A DNA stretch of 63,362 nucleotides, counting the filler, from Atractiella rhizophila (taxonomy: Eukaryota), in NCBI GenBank assembly GCA_021432655.1. It is 9 parts of 9 records of this genome, joined end to end, with 100 filler letters (N's around TTAATTAATTAA, not from the genome) between each part and the next. Parts side by side here need not be neighbours in the genome. Positions count along the whole stretch, not along the records: positions 47,737 to 57,893 come from MU272084.1; positions 57,994 to 60,195 come from MU272086.1; positions 60,296 to 62,128 come from MU272089.1; positions 62,229 to 63,362 come from MU272214.1; 5 more parts are not named here. The stretch is one strand, 5' to 3'. Position 1 is the stretch's first letter. Each line of letters begins with the position of its first letter. The position numbers and the translations under genes are program-made. Below the pieces are notes generated by a model. That model was not told the origin of the DNA. It saw only the letters and a list, made by a program, of their open reading frames with translations, and made no database searches. Shown here one piece after another: positions 52,501 through 63,362 of this stretch.

Positions 52501-53447
52501 TCGAGGTCAGAGGTGCCCCCCAGATTCCAAGGGGTAATTACGCGGTTACAACATACAGTGATCCGTTCGAGCCTGGGCCAACCTCTCCAGTGCCTCAATC
52601 TCCTAGCACTCCAACTCAACCTTTGGCAGGTTCTTCGACGCTCCGCCATCATCCTACGAGCAAATCTATGCCAGGAAACCGAAACGTCCCTCCAGCCTCC
52701 CCCATCCTTTCTCCCAGCACCGCCTCTCTCTATGGGTCCAATTTCCGCCAAAATTCAATGGGACCCGAACCACCCATGTCTCCCGAAGAAGCGCAAAGAC
52801 TTGGATTCGCCTCTTTCCTTCCTCCCATCCGTAATCCGTTTAGGAGAGACTCCGGCGCCTCGAGAAAAATGCCTGAGGCTATTCGTGACCCGCGGCCACC
52901 TCCCACCATGACTGTAGAGGATGATCCTTTCGATGATGATGCCAGAGGACCACCCGATGTTCCACTACCAGCGTCAAGTGATGGTCACGGCTCTGCCATT
53001 TCTGCTCCGCGATTGGTTGAACCACAAGACGAAAACCGAGGAATTCTTTCCGGCCTCATCAGCGTCTTCCGTTCGCCATCAATGGATAGCCTTGTGGATG
53101 ATGTGAACACAGACGAAAGCCCAGCACGGCTTTCCACCGAGACGCGCACGAGCGCAGATCGTCTCTCGTTACCTCGGCTCCAACCCCCAACACAGCGAAG
53201 GTTTGATCCATGGGAGACAGACTACGGAACATCTCAGGATGCCTCACCAATCGATCCTTACGGACGATTCGATATTCCCGGCTTCCGACCGCCTACTCAG
53301 TCGACTTCATACCCTAAAACACCTTTAGATCCTCGTCAGAATCCTTTCAGGAGGGGAAGTCAAGATAGCTTCTACGATTCGGAAGCAGGATCACTACCTC
53401 CTGGCGGTGGAACCCTCTTCGTGGCCAATGATCCCTCTAGGCGGTAG
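49584..53447 (+). CDS. Large mucin-like type I membrane protein (signal peptide, S/T/P-rich ectodomain with peptide repeats, one TM, long cytosolic tail)
   Basis: ATG 49584 MLSFGIWNYFLLSWVVFEIVRA joins the 1222-aa ORF via two short introns. EKR|Q dibasic site, many NxS/T sequons, TM LVVALSVTFVGIAIVLGVATFFFL followed by RYRRRRRK. Confidence 0.85.
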
Positions 53448-53862
53448 ATACCTTGCCTGTATCGTCAGACTCTGCGTTTCTATGGATAATATTATTGCAC
53501 CTTTTCTGTATTTCCCCGCTTGAACAAGAGAATCAGTAAGCTACCCAGAATCACTAGTCAAAACTGATAAGTATACATTCTTGAGGAACTCTACGCATTC
53601 ACAGAAAGACCACGTGACTGAAGCGTCGCGTACGCCAAGTGCACGTGCTGTACATTTTCCCATAAAAGCGGGAAGAAGTGATTTCATGAACTTCAGCACG
53701 AACCACCATTCGCGCTTCCCCAAAAGTTCCTCCACAGCATTCCAAAGCCCTTCAGCATTCCACAAATTCCTCAAACCCGCCAATTACAACCGCAAACAAT
53801 TTCCAAACGTTTTCTGACTGTTTCCAGCTCTTAAAACCTCGCCACCAACACGAATAATCAGG

Positions 53863-54879
53863 ATGTATTCCCAAATTGTCCATATTATTCTCACCAACAA
53901 GACCTCTGTGGTTCCGTATCTTCTCTCCTACGAGAATGTTCGGTTGAGCGAGTATATGGCTGTACAGAAGGTTGAAGTCGACGCGTCTTTGCCCTGCGGC
54001 AAAGTAAACAACATCAGCACTGATCCAGCTTTCTCTCCCTGCTGTCTCTGTTGTTGATGGATTTAGGTCTCATTTTGTGTCTAATTCGGAGAATACTCTC
54101 GTGGCAGACCTTTCCACCGAATTCGATCCAGATATTTTGCAGCCTTCAAGAGCGAGTCCCCTCCGTTTGTAAAACTGCGCTAGGGGAGAGGATTGGAAGG
54201 ACGAGATGACAGATAGACAAGCTCTTTGACGAATACACTCGAGACTGGCTCGTGAGTCGTATTCTCGTCTACAGGAGTTATCTGCTGACAGCGCTCATAG
54301 GTTGAATACTGAACCTACAACGACTCGACCGTCAAGCTTCGATAGCACCTGGTCTGGAACTGGGCAGATTCCTTCTCTCTGCGGTGTAATGTACATCGTC
54401 TTTGCTTTAAGTAGGCAAGGAACTGACTTTGGCTATGTGATGGGAAGCATGGATGAGAATATCGACGACGATATTGACCTAGACGTTGATGAAGGCAACC
54501 TGTTCTTAAACCCAGAAGCGTTGAAGATCAACTTCATATCCATCAACTGGAAAGAACGCAAGTATGTGATGGTGAATCAATGGAACGAATGTTGCTGACA
54601 ACAATGTAGGGATCTCTTTGCGAAGTTCTCTGCCACGAACGCTGTGTCAAAATCCACGGACAGGTCTATGGACGAAGTCGCCCCAATTTCTGCTCTAGGA
54701 AAGGCGAAGATGAGAAGAAGAAAGAAGCATCCCTCCTGAAGAATATAAACGGCTTCGTCGTCTCGCCCACTCCTCCGCTGACTCGTCCACTCAAGCACTC
54801 TCTCCGGTCTGCTCTTCGACAAAAGGCAAGGAAATATGTTTCCAGGATCATGCGCACCTTCAAGACTTCCTCACGTTAA
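53863..54879 (+). pseudogene. Frameshifted copy of the duplicated orphan gene
   Basis: Same exons as the second copy, but a 1-nt deletion near 54700 (CTAGGAAAGGC vs CTAGGGGGAGGC) gives KHPS* instead of the longer C-terminus. Confidence 0.5.
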
Positions 54880-55476
54880 TTAACTGTATCCCGCTATGGT
54901 ATCTTCGAATCCGCTCTTGCTGTGCACAACGAGCTATCAGTCACATTTGGTTTCTGTTATGACCTACTCGCCCAAGGAATAGGTACCGATGTCCTTGAAC
55001 ATGTTTTCTTATGAGTTTTGTCTCCTTGCCTTATTACTCTTTGTCTAATTCTATGCAGCTCTTGGTGATACCCCTCATTCCAATCCAATGGCTTTGGGAA
55101 GTACTCAACTTTCCGTCCTCCTCAAACTGATATTGTTTTTAGGCATGCGGGTCTCGAAATCCTAGGCTCATTTGCCTTTAATATCCCGTCATACATTCTT
55201 GAGGAACTCTACGCATTCACAGAAAGACCACGTGACTGAAGCGTCGCGTACGCCAAGTGCACGTGCTGTACATTTTCCCATAAAAGCGGGAAGAAGTGAT
55301 TTCATGAACTTCAGCACGAACCACCATCGCGCTTTCCCAAAAGTTCCTCCACAGCATTCCAAAGCCTTTCAGCAATCCACAAATTCCTCAAACCCTCCAA
55401 ACACAACTGTAAACAATTTCCAAACGTTTTCTGACTGTTTCCAGCTCTATCTCGCCACCAACACGAGTAATTAGGA

Positions 55477-56527
55477 TGTATTCCCGAATTGTCTGTATTA
55501 TTCTCACCAACAAGACCTCTGTGGTTCGTATCTTCTCTCCTACGAGAATGTTGGTTGAGCGAGTATATGGCTTTGCAGAAGGTTGAAGTCGCCGCGTCTT
55601 TGCCCTGCGGCAAAGTAAACAACATCAGGACTGATCCAGTTTCTCTCCCTTCTGTGTCTGTTGTTGATGGATTTAGGTCTCATTTTGTGTCTAATTCGGA
55701 GAATACTCTCGTGGCAGACCTTTGCACCGAATTCGATGCAGATATTTTGGAGCTTCAAGTGCTAGTCCCCTTCGTTTGTAGAACTGAAACGTTTGCTGAG
55801 AGTGTGGTAGGAGAGAGGATCGGAAAGACGAGACGACAGATTCAGAGACAAGCTCATTGACGAACACATTCGAGACTGCCTCGTGAGTCGTATTCTCGTC
55901 TCCAGGAGTTATCTGCTGACAGCGCTCATAGGTTGAATACTGAACCTACTACGACTCGACCGTCAAGCTTCGATAGCACCTGCTTTGGAACTGGGGAGGC
56001 AGAAAGTGGGCTGAGTCCTTCTCTCTGCGCTGCAATGTACGTCGTCTTTGCTTTAAGTAGGCAAGGAATTGACTTTGGCTATGCGATGGGAAGCATGAAC
56101 GACGATACAGACGACGATATTGACATCGGCGTTGATGAAGACAACCTGTTCTTAAACCCAGAAGCGTTGAAGATCACCTTCATATCCATCAACTGGAAAG
56201 AACGCAAGTATGTGATGGTGAATCAATGGAACGAACTGTTGCTGACAAGAATGTAGGGAGCTCTTTGCGAAGTTCTCTGCCACGAACGCTGTGTCAAAAT
56301 CCACGGACAGGTCTATAGACGAAGGCGTTCCAGTTTCTGCTCTAGGGGGAGGCGAAGATGAATTGAAGAAAGAAGCATCCCTCCTGAAGAATATAAACAG
56401 CTACGTCGTCTCGCCCACTCCTCCACTGACTCATCCCCTAAAGCGCTCTCTCCATTCTGCTCTTCGTCAAAAGGCAAAGAAATATGTTTCCAGGATCATG
56501 CGCACCTTCAAGACTTCCGCGCGTTAA
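55477..56527 (+). CDS. Spliced orphan gene in the second copy of the 1.6-kb unit
   Basis: Canonical introns (GTGAGT..GCTGAC..TAG; GTATGT..GCTGAC..TAG) join LNTEPTTTRP..INWKERK to ELFAKFSATN..RIMRTFKTSAR*. The 5' exons were not fully resolved. Confidence 0.5.
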
Positions 56528-56840
56528 TTAACTGTATCTCGCTCAGGTATCTTCGAATCCGCTCTCGTTGCGCACAACGAGCTATCAGTCACACTTGGTT
56601 TCTGCTATCAGAGACCTCTGTCCTACTCGCCGAAGGAATAGGTACTGATGTCCTTGGACATGTTTTCTTATGAGTTTTGTCTCCTTGCCTTATTACTTTT
56701 TGTCTAATGCTATGCAGCTCTAGGTGATACCCCTCATTCCAATCCAATGGCTTTGGGAAGTACTCAACTCTCCGTCCTCCTCAAACTGATATTGTTTTTA
56801 GGCATGCGGGTCTCGAAATCCTAGGCTCATTTGCCTTTAA

Positions 56841-56944
56841 TATCCCGTCACTCGACATGCATAGCAATTCGAGACAATAGATAGATTTCTCTTTTATATC
56901 CCGTCACTCGACATGCATCGCAATTTGCGACAATAGATTTCTCT
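56841..56944. repeat. Short ~50-bp tandem duplication overlapping the end of the 1.6-kb unit
   Basis: TATCCCGTCACTCGACATGCAT..GCAATT..GACAATAGAT occurs at 56841 and 56897. Confidence 0.85.
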
Positions 56945-57122
56945 GATTTTTGGTGTATCTGTCTATTTGTTTACTACAGACTGTTGTATATATATATGGA
57001 GATATGCTCTTGCATGCAATGTAACATGAATTACGGTTGTTCAAATGACTTATGTGCGGTCTCGGAAGGATTCGTAAACAGAGGAGACTCTGTTAAACCC
57101 CACACTTTGTCGTTGTAGCCGT

Positions 57123-57683
57123 TTCCCCTTGAAGCGAGACTCATGGCCCCACGGATCTCTGTGGAAACGAGTTGGGCTTTTAGAATGTCCAACAGTATCA
57201 CACTTAGTAGAAGAAGAAAATGATTGTGTGACCTCTGAGGTTATGTAGGCGGTGCATGAGGACTCACTGAAAGGAATGATATATTAATGATATCTCATAC
57301 GATGTTCATATTCAACAGTCTCGAATCCCTCTTTCAGATTTTGTAAGCATAGATTACAGACTAACTTGATGGCTGTCCTGTCCATGCTCCACGCCGAAGT
57401 CGAGTGCTTCCACAAGTTCATGCGACTGATCAAAGAGGAATATTACTTGAAACACCACTTGGATCACTAAGAAAGAAAAGTCAAGGTGGAGTTCACGGCC
57501 GTAGAAATCATAGGCAATCCTGATCATCATGATTTCTAGAACAACAAGGTGGTGCGGGGCGGGGAAATGGATCGCTGTTACGAATTTAATGGTAATTATC
57601 AACATTACTTGCCCGCGTCACAAAACGCTCAGAGCACAGATGGAAAGAAGGCCCTGACGCTCTGTCGACGAACGCAGGCTGAG
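57123..57683 (+). pseudogene. Decayed reading frame of unknown family
   Basis: One frame reads as protein for about 185 codons (FPLKRDSWPHGSLWKRVG..MLHAEVECFHKFMRLIKEEYYL..KVKVEFTAVEII) with five scattered in-frame stops. Confidence 0.35.
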
Positions 57684-57993
57684 GTAAGAGCGATCACCAC
57701 GTCAATGCGTCATGAAAGCGCTTTTCGCACCGCCGTCGCGTTCGGTCTGTGATGGCATATGGCTGGTGAGCCTCGGGTGAACTGAGGAGGAAAGCTTGCA
57801 AAGATTGTGGGAAGACGACGCGTCCCGGGGTAAAACTCTGTGATTGGCAAACGACCCCCCACAGTTTCAAGTTGAGGAACACACCGTGAGCAANNNNNNN
57901 NNNNNNNNNNNNNNNNNNNNNNNNNNNNNNNNNNNNNTTAATTAATTAANNNNNNNNNNNNNNNNNNNNNNNNNNNNNNNNNNNNNNNNNNNN

Positions 57994-58241
57994 AAGGTCA
58001 AGGAAGGCAGGGATTCGAGGCGAACAGTGCCCTCTGGCACGACGGCGGATTGGGGAGCTGGAACTCGACCTTGTGGAATGGGCGGAAGGAGGGGCGGGAG
58101 GAAAGCTGAGGACCGTCGGCTTGGAGGGTTAGATTTTTGAGTGGACGGCTTGAGGATGGACGGCGGAGTGGATGAGTCGTGGATTGACGATGTAGCGTTG
58201 AAGGACACCCTGCGTGGTTGGGTGTTTTGCGTAGCCATGAT
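57994..58241 (-). CDS. N-terminal fragment of a Pro/Ser-rich hypothetical protein
   Basis: MATQNTQPRRVSF..PSILKP open up to the spacer; divergent from SYM1. Confidence 0.45.
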
Positions 58242-58514
58242 GCTCGTGTTTTCGTTTGGTCGTCGTCGTTTTGTTGCGGAGAAGAGAGCCGTTTTGGAGG
58301 CGATCGTCCTTTTGTAGCTTGCTGGCTCATGCAACTTTAGAGCAGCTACGTCATCGCACATGTCGATCGCTTTCCTCTTTCAGATGCTTCATTATTTCAA
58401 ATTGAGTTGATGCCCTCAATTTCAATTTGCAAACGATTACATGAGCAGCTGATGACTCGCTAGAAAACAACAGACCCAAGTATCATCAATATACACTAAT
58501 CATTAATAGACGAA

Positions 58515-59883
58515 ATGCTCTCCCTCTACCTCCGTCTCCTGCGTTCCCACACCCTCCTGACTCAAATGGCAACTGGTGCAACAACGTCTTCCTTGGGCGA
58601 CGCATTATCCCAGCATTGGATCGAAGATCGTCCTTTTTCAGAGCACGACTGGATGCGCACTCTCCGGTTTGGAGTTTACAGTGGACTCATCTTTGCGCCG
58701 ACGGCGAATAGATGGTGCGTTTCGCTTCAGTCTTTGTCATTTCCTTTTTTCAGTGGCGCCGACTACCACTGACGGAAGCTCCGTTGCATTTGGAAATGGC
58801 CGGGAGATGTGCTCTTCCGTTTCTACTGCTTTTGTCTACCTTACTTTTGTCGATTGAGGTACTTCAGTTCGAAAGCCAACGTTGTCTTCTCACAAGTGTT
58901 TATCCAACAAAAGATGAGTTTATATGCTTTCTAATAAGCAAATAGGGCATGATTGCCGCATGCTTACAAAGTGACACGGCACCATTCATTGTGAACACTG
59001 GCCATCATCAGCCATTATCCTTCTACAGTCTTTTATGAAGCGGTTTATGTCTCGCCAGGTGAGGACAGCTAATTGTCGACCCAGTGAATCATTTACCACG
59101 CCATTGATGATTTCGTCAATAAACGGTAAAGTAGAGCTCACGATACAACATATTATGCCTTCATTAATACAATCAACGTGAAAAAAAATTTGCTTATCTC
59201 TTAAATCCAACGCGTTCCGCGCCTCCTTGGAGTTCAGTAATTTCTTATCATTGATTACTCTGTACGGTTATATCATGACGAGAAAAAAAATTGACCAATG
59301 TTCACGTATAGGCACGCACTTCTAAATCGGATCCAATATCCATCCATGGCAAAAAGTACGTCCTCTCTCCCTCGACAGCGAACTATTAATTGACGCTCCT
59401 TCGGAACAGCTTTAGTAGTCCGATTGATTCCGGACGCCTTGATTTTCTCCCCTCTGGCCACCACCATGTTCTTCTACGGGATGGGGACACTCGAGGGGCG
59501 TAAATGGGGTGACATCCAACGGCGGCTTTCAGAGGTCCGTTCTATCCCTTTTTTTGAATGTTCATCGCAACTAATGAGAAATGGAAGAATATGATCCCGC
59601 TGATACAAAAACAATGGATCGTCTTCGGACCAGCCGTCTGCATCAATTTCACGTCCGTATCTTTCATCACAGTATCCGAATCCAACTGATGGTCCATTCG
59701 CGACGGATCAGAGTGGTGCCTCTCTATGCACGACCGCCTTTCATGAATCTCATAGGCCTCTTGTGGATGACCTATCTCGCTTCTGTCAACTCGGCAGAAA
59801 CGAAACAGGACTCTGAACTTGGCCTAGTGGAGGCTGCACTGGAAAAGGTGAGGGATGACGAACCGATTACGCAGGTTCGGTGA
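58515..59883 (+). CDS. SYM1: Mpv17/PMP22 family protein (Sym1-like)
   Basis: LLTQMATG..GDALSQ..HDWMRTLRF..FAP..W|HALLNRI, FSPLATTMFFYGMGTLEG, QWIVFGPAVCINF|..VPLYARPPFMNLIGLLWMTYLASVN. Confidence 0.88.
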
Positions 59884-60295
59884 GCTGCAGTGCTTGGAGG
59901 TAGAGACGGAGGGGAGATGTTGCATAGATCCATTCCTGTATAGGCTTTAGATGGTAGAGACACCACTCATCTCATTGTCACGGTTTTCCTCTCGAAAGAA
60001 GACTCGGCTCAATGATCCGCAAGTACTTCCAATTGAAGCAGTGATGTTGCAAAAGTTCAAGTACTCTTCTATCATTTTATCGCATTAGATTTCCCGCCGC
60101 GCAGATTTTATTGTACAACACACACTCAAATTATTCACGACCTTGCAGCCTGTTCGCATTGTACCCGGTGAGATTTTTGAAATGGAATTTCAAGGNNNNN
60201 NNNNNNNNNNNNNNNNNNNNNNNNNNNNNNNNNNNNNNNTTAATTAATTAANNNNNNNNNNNNNNNNNNNNNNNNNNNNNNNNNNNNNNNNNNNN

Positions 60296-61291
60296 ACGAT
60301 AGCTATGCTCGTGTTTTGGGTGTTCAATTCCTTGTCCTGTTGCAGGGTATCGCGTAAGGCATGCAAGCCATGCTTGATCAACCCATTTAAGTCGCCTGTC
60401 CGGTCCATAAGTTACTCAAGCGAGGAATGGAGAAGCAGACCCACATGACTCAAAGGACTCATAATGGGTTTCGAGATACGTCTTGGCTGATTGTGAACGA
60501 GCCCCGATGGACATGGCGTAGAACTCAAAGCAAGTCCCAGTCAGTGCGAATTCAAACAGATGTGGCCCCGTCTCCTGTTCACCATCTCTCAGTTGTGAGA
60601 CAAAGAAGGGTTAGGGAGGGAAGACTGACGTCGTGTCCAGCCACAAGAAAACCGACACCGTAGGGCCGTCGTCCTGTAAAGATTAAGATTTAGTCAGAGT
60701 TCCTAGCTTCGACAATGACGCGGTGCGCACCGTAGAACTGAGTGTTAACCTGCGCCTCTGCTCCACTGAGTTCCGTCAACCCAACCACAGAGATTGTACA
60801 TACTGTCTGCAATCCCACCGACAACGCGATTGACAGGCAAGGGACGGCCATAGAGCATGCGGCTGCCCATCGCCTGCTGCCTCATGAAGTTGGACAACAC
60901 CCTCGCGTCGCTAGTCAGGCCAGCGAGAGCGAGGCCAATGTGGTCATCGATCCGCAGAATTTTTTGCTGGTAGCTCGCGAGAGAGCCGGGAGAACGCTGC
61001 CTCCCACACGCTTAACCCAAGCTGCACTGAGATTCGATCAAAGACGCACCTTGAGAGCGAGGAGAACTACGTGTTTCTTTGAGCGCAGGCCTACGGCTGC
61101 AGACCCCAGCTTTACTGCTTCGAGCGCATATTCAACCTGATGCAGACGGCCTTGTGGGGAGAAGACGGTGTTGCTGGGCGAAGTGAGGGTTGATGCATAA
61201 ACTAGATGAGACGCTTACTCGGAATCGTAGCTGCAGTTATCGAATCAGCAGTATCTACCGGGATGAGATGCACTCACTTGTTCCTGAACAT
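60296..61291 (-). CDS. PRE5: 20S proteasome subunit alpha-6, 3'-truncated
   Basis: [65 protein letters not shown]-like, [27 protein letters not shown]. Confidence 0.95.
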
Positions 61292-62228
61292 GTTGGCTGT
61301 TTTGGTGGGCAAAGGATGGAAAGCGAATCGTTCGCCTGAACTGACGCGTCGTGATTAGATTGGCGAACATGTACGTACTACTCGTCAACTTGCCAGTGCT
61401 TAGAACCACACTTTGGAATTAAAATGCAATCCAGTTTGTCCAAAATCAAAGGCGTAAGGCATGGCAATTCGTTTCACGTAGGTATTAGGAACTATAGGAA
61501 GGTATTATCGTAGTAGAAAGGTTGACACTGAAACGTCATGCCAAAGATTCGAGAAATTGCAACAACTTTGGGTATTCATCATGAGTAGGGGATAGCAAGC
61601 AAAGACATTTCTTTGTCAGTATGCGAACCACTTAAAGCAGCGACTTTTGAACCAACCATAAAAGAACAGGACACGGTATATTGAATCGGACAGCGAAAAA
61701 AGATATTAGCAAGAAAATTTAGACCTATAACGAATACGACGACTGAGTTGGCACATATTTCGATTAGAAAACACGCCACAGAGTGTTTCCTGCAACGGGT
61801 ATCTTGATAACGGTTAAGCGCTGAGCTTTCTTGTTACGGAGAATTAGGAGACCAATGAAGTATAGGAGCTGATCATCATTTGACTCAGTCTCTTGTGGAG
61901 GAAAAGGAAGGACAGGCGTACGGTGGTAATTCTGATATCCTGGTGCGATGCATGCCCTCAATCTGTCGAAGCATGTCAATGTCTCGATTGTCAACCAAGA
62001 AATTGATCGCGACTCCGGGCCTGACATGGCCAGCGGATGTGGCACAAGCAACCCGATGAACGTAGTCTTCTGGTGCTCTCGGTAAATCAAAATCTACGTC
62101 AGCTCATCAGTATTTAGCGCTTGTGTTGNNNNNNNNNNNNNNNNNNNNNNNNNNNNNNNNNNNNNNNNNNNNTTAATTAATTAANNNNNNNNNNNNNNNN
62201 NNNNNNNNNNNNNNNNNNNNNNNNNNNN

Positions 62229-62508
62229 CATTCGAGTCTCTGATCGCGTCGTGCACTCTGATGAAGTCACGCGAACGTCGCCAGTCCCTCGTACAAACAG
62301 CCATATGATGGCACGGTCCGAATCCTAGAATCTCCAGGGCCACCTTCAGTGAAGAAGTCCCTGACCGCGGTGGAGTTGCGCCAATGACACGAAGAGTGGA
62401 AGGAGACGCGGCATGATCGTATGGAGGAACTTGTTCTGGCTCTGCCAGAGGAGTCCAAAACCGGTATGGGGCTGCTGGCACCGTTGATGAACAAGCAGTC
62501 AAAGGCAT
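62229..62508 (-). CDS. Sulfotransferase-family (Sulfotransfer_4-like P-loop) protein, 5' fragment
   Basis: LRVIGATPPRSGTSSLKVALEILGFGPCHHM matches the family N-terminal motif VIGAG.PRTGT.SL..ALE.LG.GPC.HM. Confidence 0.8.
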
Positions 62509-63362
62509 GTTTCTGCCCCAGATTCAGGCATAACTCAAGGCAGCCTCTGGCTTATAATGACGAGTTTCAACAACGGCCTTCGGATACGGAAATAGAGGCG
62601 AAAGACTAGGACTACATGGATTCAGAGCGCTCTTCTACAGGGAAGAAGAACTGCGACCGATGCCCATTGTAAACTAAACAAAACTGGAACCTGCAAAGGT
62701 AGACCGGCCTAAGGAGCATCAAGGATTTTGATGGCGACGAAGTATCAGAGGCGAGAATACGGAGAGCAAGACTCAGAGTTGTAGACTGACTTACAAAGCC
62801 CAAACGGGATCGCTAAACAATAATTTCTCACCGCTCAATTTCCTAGTTTACGGAATATAAATGTCACCCGTACTTTGACATTCCTTCTCTCGTTGTGCCA
62901 GTGCTCTTTAGCAATCCAGACATTATTTTGTGGCCCGCAACGTTGACCCTTGACCTGCAGTTCAACTTTGGTGCAAATAGGGACAACCCCAGAGAGAAGA
63001 CGCTGGTGTTTATAGGGATACTGTATCTCTGGGGGCATCCAATTCTAAGTGTACGGTACATATCTTTTAGCATTTCCGGTTTGGTTGTTCATTTTGTAGC
63101 CGCATACTTGCTATATCAGCAAGGCTGCTTGGGGCGCTGCCTGCTTTCAAGGATCTGCAAAATCTGTTCAGGAATACCCGTACAACCCTACAACGGAGGA
63201 CATGCTTAACTATGTGTTTCCAGTTACGCACAAGCAGACGTCAGTTCTCTCACTGTGGACAAAATTCTGGTATGATTTTTTACCTCAGCAGGAATGTGTC
63301 GCACTATCGACGATGCTCCTGGTGAACCAATCGAGCACCAACATAGCTTCTCTTCCTTCCCA

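Larger units (their letters stand above)
53573..56850. repeat. Head-to-tail tandem duplication of a ~1.6-kb unit (53573-55190; 55191-56850)
   Basis: Both start ATACATTCTTGAGGAACTCTACG and end GCCTTTAATATCCCGTC; colinear throughout. Confidence 0.95.

Noticed and set aside
53573..56850. 1.6-kb and 0.6-kb repeats as LTRs, a transposon or a CRISPR array
   Set aside because: Directly head-to-tail with no internal gag/pol or transposase, no TIR or TSD, and no repeat-spacer periodicity.
58930..59210. Antisense ORF in the SYM1 intron with FHVDCI and a nearby CPIC (RING-like words)
   Set aside because: Spacing is far too long, a stop intervenes, there is no ATG, and the first Cys pair is missing.

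Overview
Intron-rich fungal genomic DNA. Short GT-AG introns with CTRAY-like branch sites and the protein features suggest a basidiomycete (inference). The window is not one contiguous locus: eight 100-nt spacers (44 N + TTAATTAATTAA + 44 N) join separate contigs, and recognisable genes run into most of them. Recognisable genes: RTA1-like protein, LIM-RhoGAP (LRG1-like), sterol O-acyltransferase, metacaspase, a divergent phosphomannose-isomerase-like protein, mitoribosomal Rsm25, beta-carbonic anhydrase, EF-1beta hosting an intronic U18/snR18 box C/D snoRNA, CCDC47/DUF1682, an O-methyltransferase-like gene head-to-head with an FAD monooxygenase, Med13, Dbp7, NADPH oxidase NoxB, a large mucin-like membrane protein, Mpv17/Sym1, proteasome alpha-6 and a sulfotransferase-family fragment. 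There are also secreted or orphan genes and two tandem duplications. Best leads: (1) a PMI-fold enzyme that keeps its metal site but has lost all three phosphate-binding residues; (2) a catalytically altered OMT-fold gene sharing a 168-bp promoter with a flavin monooxygenase; (3) a 597-nt structured intron in SYM1; (4) a metacaspase with a poly-acidic prodomain. Gene models were spliced by eye and no database searches were run.
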